A stretch of DNA of 56,642 bases, the filler included, from Sphacelaria rigidula (taxonomy: Eukaryota), in assembly GCA_964200075.2 (NCBI GenBank). It is 4 parts of 4 records of this genome, joined end to end, with 100 filler letters (N's around TTAATTAATTAA, not from the genome) between each part and the next. Parts side by side here need not be neighbours in the genome. Positions count along the whole stretch, not along the records: positions 1 to 14,091 come from CAXNAA020002464.1; 3 more parts are not named here. One strand, 5' to 3'. The notes under the pieces are model-generated. The model saw only the letters and a program-made list of their open reading frames with translations, was not told the DNA's origin and searched no databases. Shown here one piece after another: positions 1-10,763 of the stretch. Within the stretch, counting starts at the first letter, position 1. Each line of letters begins with the position of its first letter. The position numbers were made by a program, and so were the translations under genes.

Positions 1-283
1 GAGGTCAATGGTCTTGTGACTATGGCATGCATGATCATGAGTACACCCCCCCCTCCCCGCTCACCCTCTCCCGATCGTAGCATGGCATCAAGCTGTCCCA
101 GACTTCGAAGTACACACGTCTACACAAGTGCGAACAAATACGTGATCGAGCTCGTAACAGAGATACTATGAGCCATTTTCGTCAAACGCAGGCGCAGCCC
201 TTAACAGAAGTATAGAGGGTTTTGGAAAGGCATATCATTCTTTTTGTCAGCGTAACTCTTTGGTCAATCTGCGTGTTAACCTC

Positions 284-512
284 GTGTTGTGTTGTGTGTT
301 GTCGTCCCATTTATTCTGGACGCCAGTTTACACCTTTCGATATACGTGGGCGCACCAGCCGCGGTGGGGTCACACAGGAGGAAGGTCAATACAGGAGCTT
401 TACATTTTTTATTTTGTTTCTAGTACCCCACCTTCCCTCTGCGGTACTTGACGTTATTTTTATCGCGAGAGGGGTTCAGAAATCCCTTTCCCTCGTCGAT
501 CGTTAAGCCGAA
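284..512 (-). mobile_element. Truncated second copy of the SINE body
   Basis: Reverse complement of ~8835-9060 (GTCGTCCCAT.TATTCTGGACGCC, CACACAGGAGGAAGGTCAA). Confidence 0.75.
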
Positions 513-679
513 TGTTTCGTGATCTTGACATTCCCGAACATACTTGATACTCCTCAGCGGTTTGACTTTCGCATATGTATGTGGTTTGTGTGTCGGGAAA
601 AGAGTGTTGTAAAAGGTTTTCCCCATGAAACACGGGATTTGGTAAATTGTGGATGTTTTTTTTTTTAGGACGAATCTTG

Positions 680-1020
680 GGAACGTTCAAAAGCATCAAA
701 ATATTCTCGAGAACAATTGCAAATGAACCATCTGGCCGCGATGTATGGCCTCGCTAATCCGCAAAAAAACATCTACCTGCAATTTGTAGAATCTCGTGTT
801 GACAGGGTGTTCCGACAAATATTGGCTCTACTATTTCTTTTCGTACGGGGATGAACAGAGGTTGAAATTGTTCGGTATGCGTATTAAACACAGACAGGAT
901 TTTTTCATGAATTTTAGATGAATTTTGTATTGAGGATGAGCGAAGCCATAGATCACGGCCAGAGAGTGCACTCGGAATTTTATCCCGACTTTTTTTCGAT
1001 TATTTGGCAGGTTCCCCAGG
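680..1020. repeat. Diverged fold-back/MITE
   Basis: 731-775 pairs with 915-963 (TCTGGCCG.GAT.TATGGC.TCGCT.ATCC). Confidence 0.6.
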
Positions 1021-1136
1021 CCCATCCTGAACAAGCTTCCATCCGCGATTTTGTAAAATCACGTGTTGTGAGATGCAAGCGCCGACAAAGCGTTCGGCGA
1101 CGAGAAAGACGCGTTTCCGAATCTCTTCGACAATAC

Positions 1137-2700
1137 AGGCTGGTTCACGCTTTCGACCCAAAATTCACTCAACCGCAAATGGTCACGCCCATTCTTGGAG
1201 TTGGACTCTGCAAATATGCACACATATACCATGGGTTTCGGACTTTCAAAGGAATGAGGTTGTTCGGCTTTATTTTCGCCGTTCATCGGAGTCTCAGGGT
1301 TCTGGGGAGTAATATGCCGCTCTTGGGTCCCCGAAATCCGGGGAAACTATGAAGAATAAGTATTCCCATCCTCGAAAAAAGGTTTCGAAATGGCTCACAG
1401 TAGAGGATATGTGTGCAAATCATCAGCCTAACCCCAAGAATTGGCGTGGATATTTGGGCTTTCATGTGACAAAGTGGGCTTGACGACTACACAAACCCCG
1501 CTACATCGTTGTGATTTCGAAACGACGTCTTTGGGTACGTTTGGTGTTAGAGCGACCCCAGTGCATCAGATTTTGAGAGTTACGCGACGACATTCCATGC
1601 AGATGTTCCTTGGACTACGCCGGGACGTGTTTTGATGCATATGTGTATTATGTATACGCGTATGTGTGTGTATACATATATATATATATATTCTCTTTTT
1701 AGACGTTCTGTACCGGCTTCCGGGAGACCCCCGCGGAAGCCGGTGCAAAGGGCGGATAAATCATGTTCCTCCTTCGGAACATAAAAAATAATACGTATCA
1801 AACTGCCAAGTATGGGGGCGATCGGAACCTACCTATGATAGATGCAGAGAACGCAGTCGAGACATTTTACGGGTCTTCAGTGCGTGTCATCAATGAATGG
1901 AAAGCCGACGACGCCAAAATAACCCCACATCACCGAATTTCAGCTGTCTGAGGTATAATGAGATCCTATGGAATCCATTCTCAAATTTGCGTTTTCTCCC
2001 GTTAGCACTCATGCTACGATAGGAGGGGGGGGGGGGGGGGGTTGGGGGGGGCGTTGATTCCGCGAAAAAATGGGCTCCTAGCTGCTTCAGGCGACCTAAC
2101 ACACTCGCGGTGCGCTTGTATTTGGGTAAAGGTGGTGTCAAGCTGTGTGAAGCAGTATGAATGAGCACTATTTATCGGAAGCAAGCACGTTCGAACAACC
2201 GTTACTGCTTTCAATGACGATTTCGAGTGGAATTTCGTGGAAGAAAACGGCCCCAATTACCCCCCCCCCCCCCGCCCCGCACGACCCCGGCCCCCCGCCC
2301 ACCCACTCGCGGCCGGGCGCTCTACATCTGCGCCTCTGCCGCGTTAAGTGCANNNNNNNNNCCCCCCCCCCCCCCGCCCTATCGTAGCATGACCCGTACG
2401 TTCCCGAGTTGGTGAAGGTTACTACAATGTGAAGCATGTGGGGATTAGGTCGAAATCGCGTTGGGAATTCATATTTTTGAACTTCGGAAACAATGGCAGG
2501 GCCGCTGGTTGATCGAGGTACCTTTTTCTTCCCCCTTTCATCCTTAGCGCCACCACTATGATTTAAAACGAAAACCCGGCTACGTCACCCTGTTCAGTTG
2601 CATGGTGGTCGGGGTGATGTCATGCGCGAGACCATTGGGTACGTATCGCGGAAAGCATTGCCGACTAATGAATTTTGGGCCGAAAGCGTGAACCAGCCTG
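1137..2700. mobile_element. Probable non-autonomous TIR element (CAGGCTGGTTCACGCTTTCG ends) with nested fold-back at ~1175-1455 and poly-G insert at 2010-2392
   Basis: ~30-bp inverted ends at 1137-1167 and 2669-2700; left end follows TA; the same end motif followed by TA occurs at ~54472-54488. Confidence 0.5.
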
Positions 2701-2754
2701 TTGTTGTGGTGCCGTAGTAACAACGTATTTGTTATTTTTGCGTGTACACGGAGT

Positions 2755-2964
2755 GTAATGCGTGAGAGGACCGCGTGCTTAGAGGACCGCACCGTAGTTC
2801 AAAACACCTCAGGATCGACGTTTTCCAAAACCAATCGGGCCAGTCCCTGCAGGTACCACGCTCCTGACCATAAACCCAACACTAACCCTAACTCTAACCC
2901 TAACCATAGGGATGTTCAAATTCCGATGCGGTCCTCTAAGCACGCGGTCCTCTCACGCATTACA
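2755..2964 (+). mobile_element. MITE with ~38-bp TIRs (TGTAATGCGTGAGAGGACCGCGTGCTTAGAGGACCGCA), 5-bp TSD and internal TAACCC repeats
   Basis: TIRs at both ends, flanked by CGGAG/CGGAG. Confidence 0.9.
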
Positions 2965-3448
2965 CGGAGGTGACTGAATTCTGGGTTCCTGGTTCGAGCG
3001 AGCGGGATGCAACGGGTATATTATTGGTTTAGTGGTACTCTGCATTGTTGCTTGACGGTGTATTTGACAGGTATGGTATTGGAAGGTGTGTGGTGCGTGT
3101 TCATTTCACAGGCCAAATAAATACGGTACTTTGTGGCCAAAAGCAGATATAGCGGTGCAATCTAAGTAATGGGACCAATCGTCCGATCACGCCTCCGCGC
3201 GAAACTTCAAAATTATTTGATGGAAAACTGCCATTTTACCCGTTACATTCGTGTGCGCCTATCTATCCACAATACATGAGACACACACCCACACACCCAC
3301 ACACCCACTTGCGCATACGCTTCACAGGCACAGCTTTGACTCGTCTTTCCTCTAGACAAGGATCAAAGCTATACATACCTCCAGTGCGCAAATAGACGTT
3401 ACTATACTCCTGCAATAACCGCACTCGATCAGTGTGACACTAACCAGG

Positions 3449-3878
3449 ATGAAGATCTCTACTCTTTTTCTGCGTGGTACTCTGCTGTTGTTTGCGGCCG
3501 CCGTCACTACGCTAGGCGCGTCTGTGTCTGTAGAGGACCTAGCAGAAATGCTTGAAGATCAGCTCGCGGAAAAGATCGACAAAAAACAGGGGCCTGCCCC
3601 TCAGCCTCCGGGTATTGTATTCGAGCAATCCGGCGGCGAAGATGCCATCACCGACAGAGGAACGCTCTCGCCGTTTCCAGCCCTCATGGCTCGTAGAGTA
3701 GTAGACACCCCTCCCATGACCGAATCTGGTGCAAGTGGCGATGGAAGGCACGTTGACGGCAAGGAGACGGCTGGACCCTTCAACGACAAGATGTCAGGCG
3801 CCGATTCCGCCGGGCTCGAGCTCGCTATCGCCGCCGCTGAGGGAGGACCTCTGCAAGAGGTCTCACAGAGCACTGAAG
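3449..3878 (+). CDS. Exon 1 of an uncharacterised signal-peptide protein (acidic, low complexity)
   Basis: ATG at 3449 gives MKISTLFLRGTLLLFAAAVTTLGA, a signal-peptide-like N-terminus; ends at donor GAAG|gtacgg (phase 1). The ORF-track extension to 4006 is probably intron read-through. Confidence 0.7.
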
Positions 3879-4630
3879 GTACGGCTCATGACGCTGCCTG
3901 CACGCGTATTATACGACTGTGTGCTACAGCGCAGCACAGTGGATATTTTGCGTTGAATGGGGGCGGTCGATTAGACGTTATATACAAATGTTGCTTGCCA
4001 AAGTGATGTGATATAGTATACGTCATGCGCGTTATTTCCTGTATCATCTATAAATTCGGAGCGTTGGCAGCATCGATCTGGTGAGTGCACACAACAAGAG
4101 CGGATATCGCTGTTCCACTGTTGAGGACTCGGCTCCATAGGGTACTAACCAGACACAGCAGTGTGATGGGTGGGATCTGGTCGCCCTTGAGAAGGCTCTT
4201 TCTCCTGCCGGCGTGGAACGGCGTGCCCACTTTGACCATTTCCACGAGAAGTGGTCCCAGCACCATTTTTACAACCCGCGTTATGGGCGGCGTCCAACAA
4301 ATGGATCTTCTTGGATGTTGGATCATTTGGCCGCCGCGACTGGCTGTACACTACTACAACCCAGTACTCACCACCCGTGTGTTTTGCTGCGGATTATGAT
4401 GAGAGCTCTGACCCCGATGTTGTCGAGAGGGAAGCCTCTCTGAATATCCCAATTGCATCACTACATTGCGGCGAGACGCTTATACAAGACTGTAATGCTT
4501 GGCTGAGTAGCAACGGCAATCCTCGAAAGTCGACATCGTATATTTCTCATTACTGATGGCGGCGGGCGCGGCAGAGGCGCCTGAGATCTTGTCCTTGCTC
4601 CCGCCTGGCATCAAGTTACTACTCTACTTG

Positions 4631-4871
4631 GCATTGCCGCCCTTTCTCATGAGCTGCATATCTGGATTCTTCTCGGCTGCACGCGTGTTCTGGGCGTCAA
4701 CGTGCATTTTAGCGGCGCTTGCTTCCACACACTCCACGAAAGAGACGAAATCGGCGTCCTTCCGTGGCCGAAGTGGACGCGAGCGCCGGTAGAATGCACG
4801 TTGACGCCCAGAACATGGCTGGAGCCGAAGAGATTAAGTCAAGATATGCTGTCCATGAGAGAAGGCGATGC
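4631..4871. repeat. Intronic fold-back hairpin H1 (candidate pre-miRNA/hpRNA)
   Basis: 4686-4708 is the exact reverse complement of 4793-4815 (23 bp); imperfect pairing extends to about 100 nt per arm. Confidence 0.85.
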
Positions 4872-4929
4872 TTCGAAGCAAGGGAGTGGCGGTAGGTCGC
4901 GGCATAGGATGCTGTCCATTTTGCTAGTA

Positions 4930-5256
4930 CTAGAAAATGTGTGCAGCAATAATATATGGTGGTGCTCATGAGGCGTTCCTGCAGTTCTGTGAAACCTCTT
5001 GAAGAGGTCCTCCCTCGACGGCGGCGAGCTCTAGTCCAGCGGAATCGGCGCCTGACATCTTGTCCTTGAAGGGCCCAGCCGTTTTCTGACTGCCAAGTCA
5101 GCAGGCGGCCGAACCCTTCAGCGACAAGATATCAAGCGCCGATTCCGCCGGACGAGAGCTCGCCGCCGTCGAGGGAGGACCTCTTCAAGAGGTCTCACAG
5201 GACACTGCAGGAACGGGTCATGAGCACCACCATATGTTGCTGCACGCATATTCTAG
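4930..5256. repeat. Intronic fold-back hairpin H2 made of an inverted copy of the exon 1 3' end
   Basis: 39-bp perfect stem 4994-5032/5155-5193, apex CTGACT-GCCA-AGTCAG; arms homologous to 3770-3910. Confidence 0.9.
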
Positions 5257-5491
5257 GATCGCGTACTATAGCGCAGCACAGCAAATAGTTGCGTTCACTG
5301 GGTACGGTCGATTGGAAGTTGTGTGTTGCTTACCAAAGTGTTGTAAAATACTGTCACGTGGTTACATGGATGTTATTTCCTCTGTCAACTGTAACTCGGA
5401 GCGTTGGCAGCACCGATCGGGAGAGTGTTGCACAAAAGGAGCGGATGCCACCGTTCCACTGTCAAGGGTCCTGCACGATCGATAGGGAGCC

Positions 5492-5701
5492 TGAAATGCG
5501 TGAGAGGACCGCGTGCTTAGAGGACTGCATCGGAATTTGAACATCCCTATGGTTAGGGTTAGGGTCAGGGTTAGTGTTAGGGTATGGTCAGGGGCGTGGT
5601 ACCTGCAAGGACTGACCCGATTGGTTTTTACAAACGTCGATCCTGCGGTGTTTTGAACTACGGTGCGGTCCTCTAAGCACGCGATCCTCTCACGCATTAC
5701 A
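5492..5701 (-). mobile_element. Second copy of the TAACCC-bearing MITE
   Basis: TSD GAGCC/GAGCC; the paralogous unit at ~7148 has an empty site with a single GAGCC. Confidence 0.9.
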
Positions 5702-6633
5702 GAGCCAACCAGACACAGCAGTGTGATCAGTGGGGTCTGATCGCCCTTGAAAATGTTCCTTCTCCTGCCGGTGTGGATCGGCAAGCGCAATTTGTCCACC
5801 TTTACGATAAGTGGTCCCCACACCATTTTTCCAACCCGCGTCATGGGCAGCATCCAACGAATGGATCTTCTTGGATCTTAGATCTTTTGGCGGCCGCGGC
5901 TGACTATATAGTATTGATACTACAATCCAGTACTTACTACTGCTTGCATGTTTAGCTGCAGATCATGATAACAAGAGCTTAGACCTCGATTTTGTCGAGG
6001 GGGAAGACTCTCTGTGCTCCAGCTACATCACTCATCAGCACATTGCGACGAGAAGTTTAAACAATACCGTAACGGTTGGCTGAGTAGCAACAGCAGTCCC
6101 CGAAAGTCGACGTCAAATATATTGTATTTGTTTTCGTCGACACCGTTTCTTCCCACACCTCAGAAAGTTCAGAGTTTTCGGGACTCTGCGCTGAGACTTC
6201 TCCGAGAATGAACCCGCTTGATATTTATCCGAAGCTTCATTTTGGGAGCAGCCGAAGAAATCTGACTGCAAGGCAGCTATTCGGAGAGCTGCGCCGTGAA
6301 TACGCCGTAACGCTCGGGAGCATTTGACAATCACCAGGTACTTTGCCAACCCCGACAATTCCCGGATCTCCGAAAAAACAGTGTCGATAATAATAACCGG
6401 CCTTGATAACAGATATAGCAGCGGGAGCTAGTCCGGCGGTATCGGCGCCTGAGATCCTGTCCTTGCCGTTGCCCAGGTGTCACTTCCGTGGCCGAAGTGG
6501 ACCCAAGCGCCCCTAGAATGCACGTTGACAACCAGAACACGGCTAAAGCCGACAGTCAAGATATGCAGTCCACAAGAGAGGACGATGATACGAAGCAGAG
6601 GAGTGATATGGTGGCAGGTGGAGGCATATACTA

Positions 6634-6926
6634 CTGTAGCACACAGCACATGAAAAGTATGTGTGTGCAGCAACGTGGTGCTATGAGCCGCACCTCGCGT
6701 GTTTGTCTGCGACGTCTCTTGAAGAGGTCTTACCCCAGCGGCGGCGATGCTAGTTCCGCGGTATCGGTGCATGAGATACGAAAGATCTCAGGCGCCGATA
6801 CCGCGGAGCTAGCACCGCCGCCGTTGGGCTAAGACCTCTTCAAGAGGTGCCACACAACACTCGAGGTGCGGCTCATGAGTACCATATTGCCGCACGCACA
6901 TATCCTAGTAGTCCCGTGTGCTGCAG
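6634..6926. repeat. Intronic fold-back hairpin H3, paralogue of H2
   Basis: Arms pair around apex TGAGAT-ACGAAAG-ATCTCA (6772-6790); homologous to 3790-3930. Confidence 0.88.
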
Positions 6927-7364
6927 CACAGCCAAGTCGATATCCTGTGTTGACTACGTACGTATGTACTGTATGGTCGACTAGATTTTTGCGTTACTTG
7001 TCAAAGCGATATAAATCACCGCACTTGCTTCCACGGCCGTTTTTCCCTCTGTCGACTATAATTCGGAGCATTGGCAGCACCAATCTGGTGAGTATCGCCA
7101 AAAAAAGCTCATGTCGCCGCTCCACCGTCAACAGCTCGGTTTCATTAGGAGCCAACTAAACACGGCAGTTTGATGGGTAAGATCTGGTTGCCCTTGAACA
7201 CGCTTATTCTCTCGCCGGTGTGGATCGGCACGCGCACGTTGTCTATCCTTACAAGTGGTTCCAGCACCACATCAACCACCCGCGTCGTGTACGGTATCCA
7301 ACAAACGGGTTTGGATCTTGGATCTTTCGGTCGCCGACTGCCTACACAGTACTTCTGTACATGT

Positions 7365-7580
7365 TGTAATGCGTGAGAGGACCGCGTGCTTAGAGGACCG
7401 CATCGGAATTTGAACACATCCCCATGGTTAGGGTAGGGTTAGGGTTAGTGTTGGGGTTACGGTCAGGGGCGTGGTACCTGCAGGGACTGGCCCGATTGGT
7501 TTTGAAAAACATCGATCCTGCGGTGTTTTGAACTACGGCGCGGTCCTCTATAATATAGCACGCGGTCCTCTCACGCATTA
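7365..7580 (-). mobile_element. Third copy of the TAACCC-bearing MITE
   Basis: Same TIRs, flanks CATGT/CATGA. Confidence 0.88.
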
Positions 7581-8073
7581 CACATGAACCACGGGTGAGC
7601 ATCTATCCGGTCTGTCTACAGTAGCATTGTACGCATGAGTGTACAACAGTACGGGAACTTCACCCCGTTGAGTGTGGGCGATGTGCTTTTTCAGCAGTGC
7701 CTGTCGGTCACATGTACGACCAAGTACCACGAGGGCGCCGGGAATGTAGATCACGGTGTCGGGTCTGCGGAGTATACTTTGTCTGATGGAAAGATCACTG
7801 CTCCACACGTATGCCCATATTTTCTGTCACGAGCTTATATGTGCGTACACACTACTTGAACATACTCCATACTGTCATTCACGACGGCATACCACTGTAC
7901 TGTATGCTGTCGCCTGCTGCGTCGCATTGTACACGGCATGATAAAGGTGACCGCGTCCTGTCCGGACGCTGGACCCGCCCCGAATCTAATGCGACTACGC
8001 GTACAGTATTTGACCTTCCACACACTCACTGTACGTCTGTCGCTCCCTTCGCCTTGCTCGTGTGCGCGAACAG

Positions 8074-8171
8074 CCCCCGCCGACGACCGGAGGCGCGACG
8101 TGCCACAACAAGATGGTGAGTTTTGGACCAACGATGATGGAGATGAGGAGTCGGGCGTGGGCCACGATGAG
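8074..8171 (+). CDS. Probable exon 2 (APADDRRRDVPQQDGEFWTNDDGDEESGVGHDE)
   Basis: aacag| acceptor, phase 1 matches exon 1, GAG|gtgagc donor; an alternative donor lies at 8115. Confidence 0.6.
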
Positions 8172-8709
8172 GTGAGCACATCATCCGGAAGTATGGATGA
8201 CTTGAGATAGAAGACGGTTGCAGAGTTGAAATTAGAGTCAAGTCATGCATGGTCATCTTACTGGAACGTTTGAGGGTTTGCTCGGGACCATATATATGGA
8301 GTGATCGAATAAGCCGGTGATTGTCGTATATCTGACGTGTTTTTCACGTCCCGTTTTTTTGCATACAGAAAAGGCACGCTTGTTTCATCCGGCACAATCT
8401 AGACTGGTACGTAAGTTGGATCGAAATATACGAGGGTGGCGTATGAACCCATCTACGATTTTTTTCATGTACGGCAATGAAATTGTGACACATGATACTC
8501 AGGGTAGTACGTATTCTGCCGTCGATCTTACCTCCCGGTTGCGTACTCCGCCTTGTATAGGGATAGCGAACGTTGTCAACCACACCTCTGGTTTGCGGTT
8601 GTCAACCAGAGAGATCGAGTAGTAGTAGTAGTAGTCTATGATTCTAGCGGCCGCTGTAACCACGTACGTGAAGTTTACATGTTTTTCTGTACCGTATATT
8701 TGGCCGGTC

Positions 8710-9057
8710 GCCCCGGTGGCTCAGTTGGAAACGTCGAAACCTTCTGAAGGGTGGGTCGTGGATTCAATTCTCGGAGCGATCCGGGATTTTTTCTCACACC
8801 ACGCCCAAAAGTGGAGAGCAACTATGTCGTGGGTACACAAAATTCAACCCAACGGTCGACGAGGGAAAGGAAGTACTGAACCCCTTTCGCGATAAAAGAG
8901 AGGAAGCACTGCAGAAGGAAGGTGAGGTACTAAAAACGAACAAAAAATAAGAAAAAATCCCGTGTTGACCTTCCTCCTGTGTGACCTCGGCTGGTGCGCC
9001 CACATATACCGAAAGGTGTAGACCGGCGTCCAGAATATATGGGACGACAACACACAC

Positions 9058-9114
<57 letters not shown>
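8710..9114 (+). mobile_element. tRNA-derived SINE with (CA)n tail
   Basis: Head GCCCCGGTGGCTCAGTTGG (A box) and GGATTCAATTC (degenerate B box), body shared with 284-510, ends in a long CA repeat. Confidence 0.75.
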
Positions 9115-9116
<2 letters not shown>

Positions 9117-9654
9117 ATGATTCGCACGGAAACTCTTGCAGGTCGTGTGCGCTCGGTTGGGCCCCGAAGACTCGCCGTTGCTTCCCGGGAATTACCTGAG
9201 CTGTGATACCCCGATACCTCCATTCGTAGCGGGCCCTCGCCGCGAGGGGATATATTTGTCTTTATCCGAATGCGGAACGAAAATTCGCATCACAAACGGG
9301 CATGAGCCAAACGCATCGGGGGAGACTCTGTGGGAGGTAAGTGAGTTTGTCGAGAACTCTGTCTCTGTCTGTCTCTGTCTGTCTCTTTCTCCGTCTGGCT
9401 CAACCGAGGTAACAACGGCATACCGCTCTCCTCCTTATTTGCTAGAGATCTTCTTCTATGCGTCTGTACAACTGTTTTTCAAGCAAGCTCAGACACGGTC
9501 CATATTTTTGTCTTCCACGTCAGCTTTAGGAACCCGAATATTCACCTCACGCATAGGTGGTATTTACATTGCAATGTTGTCATCTGCGTTACATCACATA
9601 CCCCGCACTCCGCCGCCATCTGTCGCCCTCTATCGTTGAACGTTTCCGTTTCAG

Positions 9655-9816
9655 GTCGACGGCCTCGAGGAGGCCATGAAGAAGAAGAAAACATTCTTTC
9701 GCTGGTTCAACGAGGCGGGAAACACAGACAAAACGCGGGTCCCTCGGGGGGATGAGGTACAGCAGAAAGGACACAAGACAGCAGAGAAGCTCTCGGAATA
9801 TTGGCAGGATACGATG
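9655..9816 (+). CDS. Probable exon 3 (VDGLEEAMKKKKTFFRWF...YWQDTM)
   Basis: ccgtttcag| acceptor, 162 nt open in phase 0, ATG|gtgagt donor. Confidence 0.6.
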
Positions 9817-9992
9817 GTGAGTGTTGTGTTGAACGTTTGATGCTTCAAACGCGGAGACACGAGAAGCTTGCAATCGCAATTTTCCCGCAGGTTGTGGTAC
9901 TTGTAGTACTCTAGGGATGGCAGCGTGGGTTGTCATTTACTCTGTTTCAAGGGAGTGCTGGTTCCAGTGCTCACACAAACGTTTCCACCCCC

Positions 9993-10377
9993 GTCGTCTA
10001 CGGTACCTGTCACGTGACATATAGTGCTCAAGATTCTCACCTCAGAGTTGAGAACCTCCCTGGACTCGTCATCGGGCGTGTCGTCCTCCTGGTCGTTAGG
10101 CTCGTCGTTACGCACGGTAGGTGGGTTTTCGTCTCCACTATCGGCTGGTGAATCGGTTTTGAGTTTTTCGCCGTTGCCGAAACCTCCGGCTTCAACTTCT
10201 CGTTGTCAATCTCTTCCTAGAATTTCTTCAAGCAGCCGGTACCCTTTTTCCTGCTAGTCTCTTCTTCGCTCTCCACCTGAGATAAACAACGGCAGAGGAC
10301 GGCGGTGGGGGGGGGGGGGGGGAGGATAACAAATTTGTTGAAAAACCCCCCCCCCCCCCCCACCCACNNNNNNNNNN

Positions 10378-10417
<40 letters not shown>

Positions 10418-10763
10418 GTACTCATTTGTTGAGTACGCCCCCCCCCCCCCCACCCCGCCCCCGTATATCTCAGGTGGAGAGGGCAGAAGGGGCTAGCAGG
10501 AAAATGGGTACCCGCTGGTACAAAAAATCTTGGAATACATTGACAACGACAAGTCGAAGCCAGAGGTGTCGGCAACGACAACGAATCAAAACTGTTTCGC
10601 AGGTAGACGGTGTAGACGAAAACTCAGCCGAACGAGCGTGACGACGTAGGAGCCTAGCGACCAGGAAAACGACGCGTCGGATGACAGGCCGAGGGAGGTT
10701 CTTCACTCTGAGGTGAGAGTCTTGATCACCACTATATGTCACGTGGCACGTACCGTTGACGAC
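9993..10763. repeat. Inverted duplication of a ~300-nt degenerate exon-like unit around a poly-G/poly-C spacer
   Basis: 9993-10292 is a diverged reverse complement of 10461-10763; both copies keep ctcag|GTGGAG and CTGAG|gtgaga splice-like ends but contain stops. Confidence 0.85.

Larger units (their letters stand above)
3770..7360 (+). repeat. Local triplication of the exon 1 3' end plus start of intron 1
   Basis: Units at ~3770-4550, ~5105-6120 and ~6785-7360 share e.g. TTCGGAGCGTTGGCAGCA, AGTGGTCCCAGCACCA and ACCCGCGT variants. Confidence 0.85.

Noticed and set aside
8710-8785. Functional tRNA gene
   Set aside because: Degenerate B box, no proper cloverleaf, and continuous with a repeated body and CA tail, so it is a SINE head
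9751-9755. In-frame TGA as selenocysteine in the alternative phase-1 reading of exon 3
   Set aside because: The phase-0 frame is fully open, and no redox motif or SECIS element could be supported
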